Shown piece after piece: positions 37,198 through 48,000 of a DNA stretch of 64,000 nucleotides (the first letter of the stretch is position 1; each line of letters opens with the position of its first letter). Source of the stretch: an uncultured beta proteobacterium. GTDB taxonomy: Bacteria; Pseudomonadota; Gammaproteobacteria; Burkholderiales; SG8-39. The translations under genes were made by a program, and so were the position numbers. A model generated the notes under the pieces. The model made no database searches and was not told the DNA's origin. It worked only from the letters and a program-made list of their open reading frames with translations. The stretch lies in assembly GCA_963754305.1 (NCBI GenBank), contig CAVWFR010000040.1, positions 220,584 through 284,583 on the forward strand, read 5' to 3'.

Positions 37198-37668
37198 CTA
37201 TTTCCCGCCTTTCATCAGCTTGCCGGTGATGTACGTCCACTCCCCGGGCGCGACCGGCGTGATCGACAGCCGGTTCGCGCGCTGGAGCGCGCGCATGCCG
37301 GCCAGCGCCGGATGCTTGCGCAGCTCGGCGAGGTGGACGAACGGCGTCTTCGCCACCAGCCGCACGTCGACGTTCAGCCACCGCGGCGCGGCGCGTGGCG
37401 ACTTCGGATCGTAGTACGGGCTCTTGCGATCGAATTGCGAGGCGTCGGGATACGCCGGGCGCGAAACCTCCGCGATGCCGGCGATGCCCGGCTCGGGGCA
37501 GCTCGAGTGGTAGAAGAACGCGCGGTCGCCGACCCGCATCGCGTCGCGCATGAAGTTTCGCGCCTGGTAGTTGCGCACGCCGAACCACGCCGTGCTCCGC
37601 CCCGGCGCGGCGGCGAGATCGTCGATCGAGAACTCGTCGGGCTCCGATTTCATCAACCAGTACTGCAT
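37198..37668 (-). CDS. EVE (PUA-like) domain protein
   Basis: 156 aa. [18 protein letters not shown]...[28 protein letters not shown] is a typical EVE-domain N-terminus. Confidence 0.85.
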   Translation of the reverse strand: MQYWLMKSEPDEFSIDDLAAAPGRSTAWFGVRNYQARNFMRDAMRVGDRAFFYHSSCPEPGIAGIAEVSRPAYPDASQFDRKSPYYDPKSPRAAPRWLNVDVRLVAKTPFVHLAELRKHPALAGMRALQRANRLSITPVAPGEWTYITGKLMKGGK

Positions 37669-37822
37669 CGCGCGTGTTTAAGCGTAGCCAGCGGGGGATA
37701 TACAAGGGGCCGGGTGGGAAGGGAAGGGCCCCACCGCCTACTGGTCCCCCTTGTTGGTACGATGATGGCGCGCCGCGCCCATCTCGGCGTGGGCAGGCTA
37801 CGCCTGCCCTGCCGAGATTGGG

Positions 37823-38006
37823 CGCCCCCCACAGATAGCGTCAGGCCGCATTACTTGAACCCAGCGGTTCAAGGCGGTCGCGTTCCGGTCACCTTAAGGT
37901 ACGTCCGACGATGGGACGCGCACAACGGCGACGCATGGGTCCGCAACCAGGTGTGTGCATAGGTTCAAGCGATTGCAAGACCTCGACGCACACCGCAGGG
38001 GACATT
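37823..38006 (-). ncRNA. ssrS: 6S RNA (ends approximate)
   Basis: It lies directly downstream of zapA on the same strand, which is the conserved zapA-ssrS synteny. The minus-strand sequence ...ACCUUAAGGUGACCGGAACGCGACCGCCUUGAACCGCUGGGUUCAAGUAAUGCGGCCUGACGC... parallels the 3' half of E. coli 6S as I recall it (GCCUUAAAACUGCGACGACACAUUCACCUUGAACCAAGGGUUCAAGGGUUACAGCCUGCGGC). The 5' CCCCUGCGGUGUGCGUC can pair with the 3' GACGCUAUCUGUGGGG. Length is about 180 nt. Confidence 0.65.
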
Positions 38007-38088
38007 GATCGATCCGGGGATGCGACCCGGAAGCCGCGGCGCACTCTTTCGCGCTGACAACGCGCGCCGGAAGTGAAGATGCGTGAGG

Positions 38089-38436
38089 CTAGAGCAGCTT
38101 CTCTTGAGGCGCGAGCGCCTGTTCGAGCGCCGCCTGCATCGCAAGCATTCTACGCTTGAGGTCCGACATGTCAAAGTTGTCGGCACCCGCCGATGAATTC
38201 GTGCCCGCCGTGGCGTTCCGGGCGCGCGCCTCGAGCAGCTCGTGCGCGATGTTGAGCGCGGCCATCACCGCAATGCGCTCCGCGCTCGCGACGCGGCCGC
38301 CGGATTTGATCTCGCCCATCTTCTGATCGAGGTAGGCGACCGCCTCCAGCAGCGACTCGCGCTCGTCGTCGCGACAGGTCACCTTGTAGTTGCGGCCCAT
38401 GATCGTGACATCGAGGGCCTTGTTCTTGTCGGTCAT
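38089..38436 (-). CDS. zapA: cell division protein ZapA
   Basis: 115 aa. VTIMGRNYKVTCRDDERESLLEAVAYLDQKMGEIK...ERIAVMAALNIAHELL is the ZapA pattern. Confidence 0.9.
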   Translation of the reverse strand: MTDKNKALDVTIMGRNYKVTCRDDERESLLEAVAYLDQKMGEIKSGGRVASAERIAVMAALNIAHELLEARARNATAGTNSSAGADNFDMSDLKRRMLAMQAALEQALAPQEKLL

Positions 38437-38660
38437 TCTGGAATCTGTTCGAGCAGACCTTCAAGTCGTTCCCGCGCACCGGTGATCTTTTCGGCCAGGC
38501 GCCGGTTCTCGGTTTGCAACTGCGCCACGCGCTGGCGCAGGTCGCTGTTCTCGCCGCGCAGGCGCTCGCACAACTCCACCGCTTGGCGAATACGATCCTC
38601 CAGCGCCACGAGTTCTGCGTCCATCGGCGCACTATAGTTGGGAAAATCCAGTCCGGTCAA
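38433..38660 (-). CDS. ZapB-like coiled-coil protein (TIGR02449-type, encoded upstream of zapA)
   Basis: 75-aa ORF. The coiled coil is LEDRIRQAVELCERLRGENSDLRQRVAQLQTENRRLAEKI. It overlaps the zapA start. The true start may be the internal ATG (MDAELV...). Confidence 0.65.
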   Translation of the reverse strand: MTGLDFPNYSAPMDAELVALEDRIRQAVELCERLRGENSDLRQRVAQLQTENRRLAEKITGARERLEGLLEQIPE

Positions 38661-38974
38661 GGATTAAGGGATCGTTCTCAATGTGCTTTCGTGATGCCCG
38701 CCACACCCCATGGGCTTGATCCGGCGGGGGAAACCGCGGCCGATTCGACGCCGCCAGCCCCTTGCGGCCCTACCCAGCGCGAATCGAACGATTGCGAGGC
38801 GCGTTTCGCGCGTCAGAACCGTTCTATCGCCTACCACGATACGAACAAGCGAAGACTCCCCGGGAAGTCGGCCTGAGCGGGACGCCGAACGGCGTTCCAG
38901 TCCGGGTCGATCTCCTCGACAAGGGGGTGATCGCGCGGATTCCCCGCTCCCCGTCCAGCTAAAATCCTCGCGCC

Positions 38975-40012
38975 ATGCGCGAGATCCCGTTCCCGGACAC
39001 CGCGGCGCTCTCCGCGGCTCGCACGCGCCAAGCGGTGCTCACGAAGCCGGCCGGCGCGCTTGGCCGCCTCGAGGACCTGGCGTGCTGGTTCGCGGCCCGC
39101 CAGGGGCGCACGATTCCCGCTGCGATCGTCCCGGCGATCACGATCTTCGCCGCCGATCATGGCGTCGCCGCGCGCGGCGTGTCCGCGTATCCGAGCGAGG
39201 TCACCGCGCAGATGGTCGTGAACATCGCCCGTGGCGGCGCGGCGATCAACGTGCTCGCGCGAGCGATCGACGCGCGGCTGACCGTCGTCGACGTCGGCGT
39301 CGCCGCGCCGCTCGTTTCGCTCGCGGGCGTGGTCCACGCGAAGGTGCGATGCGGAACCGCAGACCTCTCGGTCTCGCCCGCGATGACGCGCGCCGAAGCC
39401 GAGCGCGCGCTCGCGATCGGCGCCGAGCACGCGGTGCTCGACATCGCGGCCGGCGCGACGCTCGTCATCGCCGGCGACATGGGCATCGGCAACACGACGC
39501 CGTCGGCGTGTCTCATCTGCACTCTCGCCGGCGAGCCGCCGGCGCGCGTCGTCGGCGCGGGCACCGGGATCGATGAGGCGACGCGCGCGCGCAAGATCGA
39601 CATCGTCTCGCGCGCGATCGAGCGCGCCCGATCGAGCGGCCCGCGCGACGGAGTCGAGTGGCTCGCCGAGGTCGGGGGGCTCGAGATCGCGGCAATCGCG
39701 GGTTACTACCTCGAGGCCGCGCGCCGCGGCGTGCCGGCGCTCGTCGACGGTTTCATCGCCTCCGCCGCCGCGCTGGCGGCTCGCGCCAGCGACCCGCGTG
39801 TGGCGGAATGGCTCCTCGCCTCGCATGCGTCCGCCGAGCTCGGCCACCGGCTCGCGCTCCGCGCCCTCGGCCTCGAGCCCCTCGTGGATCTCTCGCTGCG
39901 GCTCGGCGAAGGCACCGGCGCCGCGTTGGTCGTCCCGCTCGTGAACGCCGCGCTGAAGCTGCACGCGGAGATGGCGACCTTCGCCGAGGCCGGCGTCGCC
40001 GGACGCGCATGA
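38975..40012 (+). CDS. cobT: nicotinate-nucleotide--dimethylbenzimidazole phosphoribosyltransferase
   Basis: 345 aa. CobT blocks are LTKPAGALGRLE, FAADHGV, GDMGIGNTT and LRLGEGTGAAL. Confidence 0.95.
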   Translation: MREIPFPDTAALSAARTRQAVLTKPAGALGRLEDLACWFAARQGRTIPAAIVPAITIFAADHGVAARGVSAYPSEVTAQMVVNIARGGAAINVLARAIDARLTVVDVGVAAPLVSLAGVVHAKVRCGTADLSVSPAMTRAEAERALAIGAEHAVLDIAAGATLVIAGDMGIGNTTPSACLICTLAGEPPARVVGAGTGIDEATRARKIDIVSRAIERARSSGPRDGVEWLAEVGGLEIAAIAGYYLEAARRGVPALVDGFIASAAALAARASDPRVAEWLLASHASAELGHRLALRALGLEPLVDLSLRLGEGTGAALVVPLVNAALKLHAEMATFAEAGVAGRA

Positions 40013-40611
40013 CCGAGAGGCTCCTCGTCACGCTGCTCCGCCACGGCGCGGTCGCGGGTCGACCCTACGTGTTTCGTGGCGCGTCCGACCCGCCGCTCAG
40101 CGACGACGGCTGGGCGCAGATGCGGCGCGCGCTCGCCGCAATCGACGACCCGCCGATCGCCGCCATCGCAGCCTCGCCGCTCGCGCGCTGCCATGCGTTC
40201 GCCGCGAGCGTCGCAGCGGCACGAGGGTTGCCGCTCGTCGTCGCGGAGGCCTTCGCCGAGCTCCGCTTCGGCGACTGGGAGGAGCTCGACTCCGACGAGG
40301 CGCGCGCGCTCGATCCGGCGAGGTTCGCGGCATTCCGCTCCGATCCCGGCCAGGCTGCCCCGCCCGGCGGTGAGCGCTATGCGGACTTCGCGGCGCGTGT
40401 ACGCGCCGCTTTCGCATGCTGGACGCGCGAGCAGCGCGGCCATGCGCTGCTCGTCACCCACGCGGGCGTGATCCAGACGCTCGTCGCCGACACGCTCGGC
40501 CTTCCGACGACGAGCCTCGGCCGCATCGCGCTGCCGCCCGCAGCGACCTGCCGCCTGTCGCTTCTCGAGGGCGAACCTTCCCGCCTGCTCGCGCTCAACT
40601 TCACCGCCTGA
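40009..40611 (+). CDS. cobC: alpha-ribazole phosphatase / histidine-phosphatase family
   Basis: ATG at 40009 (ATGA overlap with cobT). The RHG motif lies in LLRHGAV and later VTHAGVI. The gene sits between cobT and cobS. Confidence 0.8.
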   Translation: MTERLLVTLLRHGAVAGRPYVFRGASDPPLSDDGWAQMRRALAAIDDPPIAAIAASPLARCHAFAASVAAARGLPLVVAEAFAELRFGDWEELDSDEARALDPARFAAFRSDPGQAAPPGGERYADFAARVRAAFACWTREQRGHALLVTHAGVIQTLVADTLGLPTTSLGRIALPPAATCRLSLLEGEPSRLLALNFTA

Positions 40612-40613
40612 CG

Positions 40614-41414
40614 ATGCGCGCCTTCCTGCTCGCGCTGCAGTTCCTCACCCGGATCCCGACGCCGCAGGTCGACGACTTCCGGCCCGAGGACTTGTCGCGG
40701 TCGGCGATCTGGTTCCCGCTCGTCGGCGCGGTGATCGGCGGGCTCGTGGCGGCGGCGCTCGCCCTCGGCGCGCTCGTCGATCCGTGGCTCGGCGCGCTCG
40801 CCGGTCTGATGGTCTGGGTGTGGATCACCGGCGCGCTGCACCTCGACGGCCTGGCCGACCTGGCCGATGCGCTCGGCGCCGCGCACCGCGATCCGCAGCG
40901 TTTGCTCGAGGTGTTGCGGGACCCGCACATCGGCACCTTCGGCGTCGTCGCGCTCGTGCTGGTCCTTGCGGCAAAGCTCGTCCTGCTTGCGCTGGTGGCG
41001 AAACAGCTCGCCCCTCTCGCCGACGCGATCCAGGCCGCGCACGTCACCGGCGTTTCGGCACCCCCGGTATTCGAACTCGCCGTGCCGGGCGCTGCACTCG
41101 CGCTCGTGCCCACCTGGGCGCGGTTCGGCGCGTTGGTCTGGTCGCAGACCTTGCCGCCGCTCGCTCCGGGAAGCGCGGAGCGGTTCGCGTGGCAGGCGCG
41201 GCGCGCGAGCCTTGTTGCCTGGGCGGCTGCGCTTCTCGCCGCCGCGGCCTGGCTCTTCCCGCCGCTCGCCGTTGCGCCGGTCGCCATCGCGCTCTGGTGG
41301 GCGTTTCTTAGGCGCCGCCTCGGCGGCATGACCGGGGACTCGCTCGGCGCCGGCGTCGAGGTGTGCGAGACCGCGCTCCTCACGGTCGTCGCAGTCGGCC
41401 TCGGCACCGCATGA
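40614..41414 (+). CDS. cobS: adenosylcobinamide-GDP ribazoletransferase (cobalamin synthase)
   Basis: ATG at 40614 (MRAFLLALQFLTRIP...). CobS motif GALHLDGLADLADAL and multiple TM segments. Confidence 0.9.
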   Translation: MRAFLLALQFLTRIPTPQVDDFRPEDLSRSAIWFPLVGAVIGGLVAAALALGALVDPWLGALAGLMVWVWITGALHLDGLADLADALGAAHRDPQRLLEVLRDPHIGTFGVVALVLVLAAKLVLLALVAKQLAPLADAIQAAHVTGVSAPPVFELAVPGAALALVPTWARFGALVWSQTLPPLAPGSAERFAWQARRASLVAWAAALLAAAAWLFPPLAVAPVAIALWWAFLRRRLGGMTGDSLGAGVEVCETALLTVVAVGLGTA

Positions 41415-41434
41415 CGCCGCGCGCCTGACCGGCG

Positions 41435-42412
41435 ATGATCGGCGCCCGGCACGCGGTCCTGCTCGCCGCGCTCGCGGTCCTGGCGGCCGCGAGCCTGGCC
41501 TTCGCGCTCGTGGTCGGCAGCGTCGCGATCCATCCGCTGGCGGTGCTCGATGCGTTGCGCGCTCCGGCGGGCGCGCTCGACGCGGACATCGTGCGCGAGC
41601 TGCGCCTGCCGCGCGCGCTCAACGCGTTCGCGACCGGCGGGCTCCTCGCGGTGGCGGGCGTGCTGATGCAGGTGCTGGTCCGCAATCCCCTCGCCGATCC
41701 GTACGTGCTCGGCATCTCGGGCGGCGCGGCGGTCGGCGCGCTCGGCGCGATCCTCGCCGGCGCGGCGGGCCTCGTCGTCCCCGGCGCAGCGTTCGCGGGC
41801 GCGGCGGGTTCGACCGCGGTCGTGCTCGCGCTCGGGCGCGTCGGCGGAACATGGATGCCGACCCGGCTCCTGCTGGTCGGGGTGATCGTCGCGGCCGGCT
41901 GGGGCGCGGTCGTCACCTTCATGCTGGCCGTCGCCCCCGATCAGCGCTTGCGCGGCATGCTCTTCTGGCTGATGGGCGACCTCAGCTATTCGACCGGCGG
42001 GGGGGCCACCCTTGCCGCCCTGGCGGTCGGCGCCGCGGCGGCGCTCGTGCTCGCGCGCAAGCTCAACCTGCTCGCGCAAGGCGACGACCGTGCGGCGATC
42101 CTCGGCGTGGAGGTCGCGCCGACGCGCCTCGCCGTCTTCCTGCTCGCTTCTGCGCTCACTGCCGCCGCCGTGACCACGGCCGGGACGGTCGGCTTCATCG
42201 GGCTCGTGGTGCCGCATCTCGTCCGGCTCGCGTCGGGTCACGATCACCGCGTGCTCGTACCCGGCGCGGCGCTCGCGGGCGGGGGGCTCCTCGTGCTCGC
42301 CGACACGCTCGCGCGCACGCTGCTCGCGCCGCAGCAGCTGCCCGTCGGCGTCGTGACCGCGGTCGTCGGCGTACCGCTGTTCCTCTTCCTCCTCGCGCGC
42401 AGCGGCCGATGA
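41435..42412 (+). CDS. btuC: FecCD-family ABC permease (vitamin B12 import)
   Basis: 325 aa. FecCD blocks are RLPRALNAFATGGLLAVAGVLMQ and NPLADPYVLGISGGA. Confidence 0.85.
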   Translation: MIGARHAVLLAALAVLAAASLAFALVVGSVAIHPLAVLDALRAPAGALDADIVRELRLPRALNAFATGGLLAVAGVLMQVLVRNPLADPYVLGISGGAAVGALGAILAGAAGLVVPGAAFAGAAGSTAVVLALGRVGGTWMPTRLLLVGVIVAAGWGAVVTFMLAVAPDQRLRGMLFWLMGDLSYSTGGGATLAALAVGAAAALVLARKLNLLAQGDDRAAILGVEVAPTRLAVFLLASALTAAAVTTAGTVGFIGLVVPHLVRLASGHDHRVLVPGAALAGGGLLVLADTLARTLLAPQQLPVGVVTAVVGVPLFLFLLARSGR

Positions 42413-43182
42413 GCGCGCCGCTGCTCGAAGCCCGCGCCCTCACGGTCGAGATCGCCGCCAAGACCGTCTGCACGGGCCTGGCGCTACGGGTCGCGCGGAG
42501 CGAGCGCTGGGCGGTACTTGGTGTGAACGGGGTCGGCAAGACGACCCTGCTCCGGACGCTTGCCGGCCTCCGGCGCCCGCGCGCGGGGGAAGTGGCGCTC
42601 GACGGCCAGGTGCTCACCGCATTGACCGGGCGCGAGCGCGCCCGACGCCGCGGCATGCTGCTCCAGTCGGAGCACGACGAGTCCGAGGCCACGGTGATCG
42701 AGGCGGTGCTGGCCGGACGGCACCCGCACGTCGCGCCCTGGGCCTGGGAGAGCGCGGCCGACCTCGCCGCTGCGCGCGCCGCGCTCGAGCGGGTGGCGCT
42801 CCCGGGTTTCGACGAGCGACGCCTAGGGAGCCTGTCCGGAGGTGAGCAGCGGCGGGTCTCGATCGCCGCGCTCCTCGCGCAGGATCCGGCGCTGCTGCTG
42901 CTCGACGAGCCGACCAGCCATCTGGATCTGCATCACCAAGTCTCGATCCTCGACGTGCTCGCCGCCTCGGCAACGCCGCAAGGCAAGGCGCTCGTGATGA
43001 GCCTGCACGACGTAACCCTCGTCGCGCGCTATTGCACGCACGCGCTGCTGCTCTTCGGGGGCGGGCAAACGGCGCAGGGGCCGGTGCCCGAGGTCCTCGA
43101 GCCAGGCACCCTCAGTCGTTTGTATTCGCATCCGGTCGCGCGGATCGACGGCCCGCTCGGGCCGGTATTCGCGCCGGGCTGA
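42409..43182 (+). CDS. btuD: ABC transporter ATP-binding protein (B12/iron-chelate type)
   Basis: ATG at 42409 (ATGA overlap). Walker A GVNGVGKTT, signature LSGGEQRRV, Walker B LLLLDEPTSHLD. Confidence 0.85.
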   Translation: MSAPLLEARALTVEIAAKTVCTGLALRVARSERWAVLGVNGVGKTTLLRTLAGLRRPRAGEVALDGQVLTALTGRERARRRGMLLQSEHDESEATVIEAVLAGRHPHVAPWAWESAADLAAARAALERVALPGFDERRLGSLSGGEQRRVSIAALLAQDPALLLLDEPTSHLDLHHQVSILDVLAASATPQGKALVMSLHDVTLVARYCTHALLLFGGGQTAQGPVPEVLEPGTLSRLYSHPVARIDGPLGPVFAPG

Positions 43183-43195
43183 AAGCGGATAGCGG

Positions 43196-44077
43196 TCAGC
43201 GCGGCCGCTTGCGGCGCGCGTCGTCGAGCGCCGCACAGAGCCGCTCGGCGCCGTCGAGCACGCGCGGGGTCGCGCGCTGGATGAGCTGCGGCGGGACGGC
43301 GTAGAGATTGCCGCGCGCGACCGCCGTGAGCCGCGGCCAGCGCTTCCAGTCGTCGAGCCATTCCGGAGGCTCGTCGCCAACACCGCTCGCGACGATCGCC
43401 TCCGGATCGGCGCGCACCACGTCCTCCTCGTTGACCGTCGGGGCGAGTGCGCGCAGCCCCCCGAACACGTTCCGCCCGCCGCAAAGGCGGATGACGTCGC
43501 TGATCAGATGCGCATCGCTCACGGTGATCGGCGGACGATTCCAGATCGCGTAGAACACGCTGACCTCGTCCCGCCCGGCGTAGCGCGCTCGAAGCGCCGC
43601 GAGCCGCGCGCGGAACTCGGCCGCCGCCCGGCGAGCCGCCTCCGGCGTGCCGGCGAGCGCGCCGAGCTTCTCGATCGTGGCGCCGAGCTCCGGCAGCGCG
43701 CCCGGCTGGGAGGCAAAGACCGGAACCCCGAGCTGTCTGAGCCGCTGCAGGGTATCCAGGCCGTTGCCGCTCGCCCACCCCACGAGGAGGTCGGGCTTGA
43801 GCGCGAGGATCGCTTCGAAGTCGAGCCTGCTGTAGCCCCCGACGCGGCGAATTGCCTTGGCCTCCGGCGGGTAGTCGCTGTAGTCGACGGTGCCGACGAC
43901 CTGCGCGCCCGCGCCGGCGGCGAACAGGAGCTCGGTGACGTGCGGCGCGAGGCTGACGATGCGCCGCGCCGGCGCGGCGAGAGCGACGCGTTCGCCGAGG
44001 TCATCGGTGACTGCGATCTCGCCACGCGCTGCGCACGCGACGAGCACGCCGCCGACGAGTGCGACGACGCTACGCAT
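43196..44077 (-). CDS. btuF: periplasmic cobalamin-binding protein
   Basis: ATG at 44077 inside composite ORF 43196..44740. Signal peptide MRSVVALVGGVLVACA. BtuF blocks are RIVSLAPHVTELLFAAGAG..VVG and YSDYPPEA. Confidence 0.85.
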   Translation of the reverse strand: MRSVVALVGGVLVACAARGEIAVTDDLGERVALAAPARRIVSLAPHVTELLFAAGAGAQVVGTVDYSDYPPEAKAIRRVGGYSRLDFEAILALKPDLLVGWASGNGLDTLQRLRQLGVPVFASQPGALPELGATIEKLGALAGTPEAARRAAAEFRARLAALRARYAGRDEVSVFYAIWNRPPITVSDAHLISDVIRLCGGRNVFGGLRALAPTVNEEDVVRADPEAIVASGVGDEPPEWLDDWKRWPRLTAVARGNLYAVPPQLIQRATPRVLDGAERLCAALDDARRKRPR

Positions 44078-45062
44078 CCGCGCGCCCCCAAGCGTCGAGC
44101 GCAGCCTCGAGCCGTGCCCATGCCTGCGGGTCTCCGGGCAGTCCCAACCGGACACCCGCCGGCTGCACAAAGGCGCGCACAAGGATCGCGCGCGTGGCCA
44201 GGAAGTCCTTGAGCGCGGCGGCGCGCGGCGTGGGCACCCACGCGAACAGCGCCGTTCGACCCGCGACCCACAGCCCGCGTTCCTCGAGCAGGCCGGCGAG
44301 GCGCGCCGACGCCGCGGCGAGACGCTCCCGTTCGGCGAGCTGCCAGGCGCGATCGGCAAGCGCACGGCGTCCGACCCAGCGGGCCGGACCGTTGACGGCC
44401 CAAGGGCCGAGCCGCTCGGTGAGCGCGGCGATGAGGCCGGGCCAGCCGAGCGCGAACCCGAGCCGCATCCCGGCCAGGCCGAAGAACTTCCCCGGCGAAC
44501 GCAGCACGACGAGACCCGGCTGACCGCAATCGCGCGCGAGGCTCTGCGCAGCGTCGCCGTCGGCGAACGCCTCGTCGATGATGAGCCAGCCATCACTTGC
44601 CGCGAGCCGCTCGCGCCACGCGGCGAGCGTCGCGCGCGCGAGCTGCGCCGCGGTCGGATTGTTGGGGTTGCACACGACGAGCGCGTCGAGCTCGTGGAGA
44701 GCCGCGGGCGCGTCGTCGGCGCTAATCTCGCGCACCGCATGCCCCGCGCGCGTCCAGGCGTACGCGTGCTCGGCGTACGTTGGGGCGATGATGGCGACCC
44801 GCCCCTGCGGGCGCAGCGCCGGCAGCGCAGCGATCGCCGCCTGCGAACCTGCCGTCGCCGCCAAGTGGGACGTCCCGTAGTACTCGCGCGCTATCTCGAG
44901 GAAGCCGTCGTCGTTCTCCGGCAGGCGTCGCCACGCTTCGGGCGGGATCTCGCCGACCGGCCACCCGCGCGGGTTGATGCCCGTCGACAGGTCGAGCCAT
45001 TGCTCGGGTGGATGGCCATAGACCCGCGCCGCGGCGAGCAGGCCGCCGCCGTGCTCAATCAA
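44070..45062 (-). CDS. cobD: threonine-phosphate decarboxylase (class I/II aminotransferase fold)
   Basis: ORF 44070..45173. I prefer the TTG at 45062 (LIEHGGGL...), which overlaps the cbiB stop by 8 nt. Blocks are DLSTGINP, NPNNPT and the PLP lysine context RSPGKFFGLAGMRLG. Confidence 0.8.
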   Translation of the reverse strand: MIEHGGGLLAAARVYGHPPEQWLDLSTGINPRGWPVGEIPPEAWRRLPENDDGFLEIAREYYGTSHLAATAGSQAAIAALPALRPQGRVAIIAPTYAEHAYAWTRAGHAVREISADDAPAALHELDALVVCNPNNPTAAQLARATLAAWRERLAASDGWLIIDEAFADGDAAQSLARDCGQPGLVVLRSPGKFFGLAGMRLGFALGWPGLIAALTERLGPWAVNGPARWVGRRALADRAWQLAERERLAAASARLAGLLEERGLWVAGRTALFAWVPTPRAAALKDFLATRAILVRAFVQPAGVRLGLPGDPQAWARLEAALDAWGRADA

Positions 45063-45987
45063 GCCACCACCTCGCGAAGTCGATCGCCGCCAGCGCGCCG
45101 AGCCAGACGATGACGCCGAGCCGCACGAGTCGCACCGCGCGCCCGATGTCGGACGCCTCGGGCGCTCGGCCAACGCCGAGCATCGGTCGGGGCTTGAGCA
45201 AGCCGTGGTAGCGCGCGGGGCCGCCGAGCGCGACGCCGAGCGCGCCGGCGCCTGCCGCCATCACCGGCCCGGCGTTCGGGCTGTACCAGAGAGCGCCCTG
45301 ATCGCGCCAGCACGCGAGGGCGTCGCGCGTGCAGCCGAGCATCGCGTAGGTCAGCGCGGTCAGCCGCGCCGGCAGCCAGTTGAGCGCGTCGTCGAGCCTC
45401 GCCGCGGCCCAGCCGAAGAAGCGGAAGCGCGCGGTGCGATAGCCCCACATCGCGTCGAGCGTGTTGACGAGCCGGTGCGCCATCGCTCCCGCGCCGCCGG
45501 CGATCGCGAACCAGAAGAGCGTCGCGAACACCGCATCGGAGCCGTTCTCCAGCACCGACTCGACCGCGGCCCGGCTCATGTCGCCCGCATCCATGTCCGC
45601 CGTGTCGCGGCTCACGATCAGCGCGACGCGCTCGCGCGCGGCCGCGAGATGGCCGACGGCGAGCGGCGCCGCCACCGCGGCCGCGTGCTCACCGAGGCTC
45701 CGCGCACCGAGCGCGAAGTAGAGCGCGACCACATCGACGATTGGGCCGGCGCCGAGGACGCTCGCCGCCGCCACGAGCGCGACCGGCGGGACGACGAGCG
45801 CCGTGACCGCGCCCACCCCAGCGAGCCGCGCAGCGACCGGTCGCTGCGCCAATCCCGGCGACGCCAGCAGCCGCCGCTCGAGCCACGTCGCAGCCGCGCC
45901 GAAGCCCACGAGCGGATGCCAGCGGCGCGGCTCGCCGAGCGCCGCATCGAGCGCGACGCCGATGCCGGCCAAGAGGGCGGTCGTCAT
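45055..45987 (-). CDS. cbiB: adenosylcobinamide-phosphate synthase
   Basis: 310 aa membrane protein. CbiB blocks are [24 protein letters not shown] and [10 protein letters not shown]. Confidence 0.9.
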   Translation of the reverse strand: MTTALLAGIGVALDAALGEPRRWHPLVGFGAAATWLERRLLASPGLAQRPVAARLAGVGAVTALVVPPVALVAAASVLGAGPIVDVVALYFALGARSLGEHAAAVAAPLAVGHLAAARERVALIVSRDTADMDAGDMSRAAVESVLENGSDAVFATLFWFAIAGGAGAMAHRLVNTLDAMWGYRTARFRFFGWAAARLDDALNWLPARLTALTYAMLGCTRDALACWRDQGALWYSPNAGPVMAAGAGALGVALGGPARYHGLLKPRPMLGVGRAPEASDIGRAVRLVRLGVIVWLGALAAIDFARWWLD

Positions 45988-46019
45988 GGGCGGCCGGGCG
46001 CCGATGGGATAATCGGCGC

Positions 46020-47475
<1,456 letters not shown>

Positions 47476-47495
<20 letters not shown>

Positions 47496-47991
47496 CCACC
47501 AGCGGGATCCCCGCCGCGACGAGGATCACGCGCTGGCACAGCGAGGCGACGACCTGATTCAGCGTGCCCTGCTCATCGCGGAAGCGGCGGGCGAGAGCGT
47601 TCTCCGGCACGATGCCCAGACCGACCTCGTTCGCCACCAGCAGGACCCGCCCGGGGAGCGCCGGCAGCGCGTCGAGGAGCGCCGCGCGTTCCGACTCGAG
47701 CGGCGCCTCGGCGAGCATCAGATTCGCGAGCCAGAGCGTGAGACAGTCGGCGATGACGATCCGGTCGGCCGCGCACTCGGCTCGCAGCGCGACGGCGAGC
47801 GCGATCGGCTCCTCCACCACCCGCCACGCCGGGGGACGCGCTGCGCGATGGCGCGCGATGCGCTCGGCCATTTCGGCGTCGCCGGCGGTCGCCGTGGCGA
47901 CGAACGTCACGGCGAGGCCCGACGAGCGCGCGAGCCGCACGGCGAGTGCGCTCTTGCCCGACCGCGCGCCGCCGAAGATGAGTTCCTGCAT
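47476..47991 (-). CDS. cobU: adenosylcobinamide kinase / adenosylcobinamide-phosphate guanylyltransferase
   Basis: 171 aa. P-loop [12 protein letters not shown] and ATA..GD.EM blocks. It starts 9 nt after the btuB stop. Confidence 0.9.
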
Positions 47992-48000
47992 GGCCTCGAG

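Noticed and set aside
38660-38975. Cobalamin riboswitch upstream of cobT
   Set aside because: I looked on both strands for GGGAA...GGUG...GCCACUG and a B12 box (AGCCnGGAGACCnGCC) and found none. GGGAAGTCGG at about 38862 has no partner elements.
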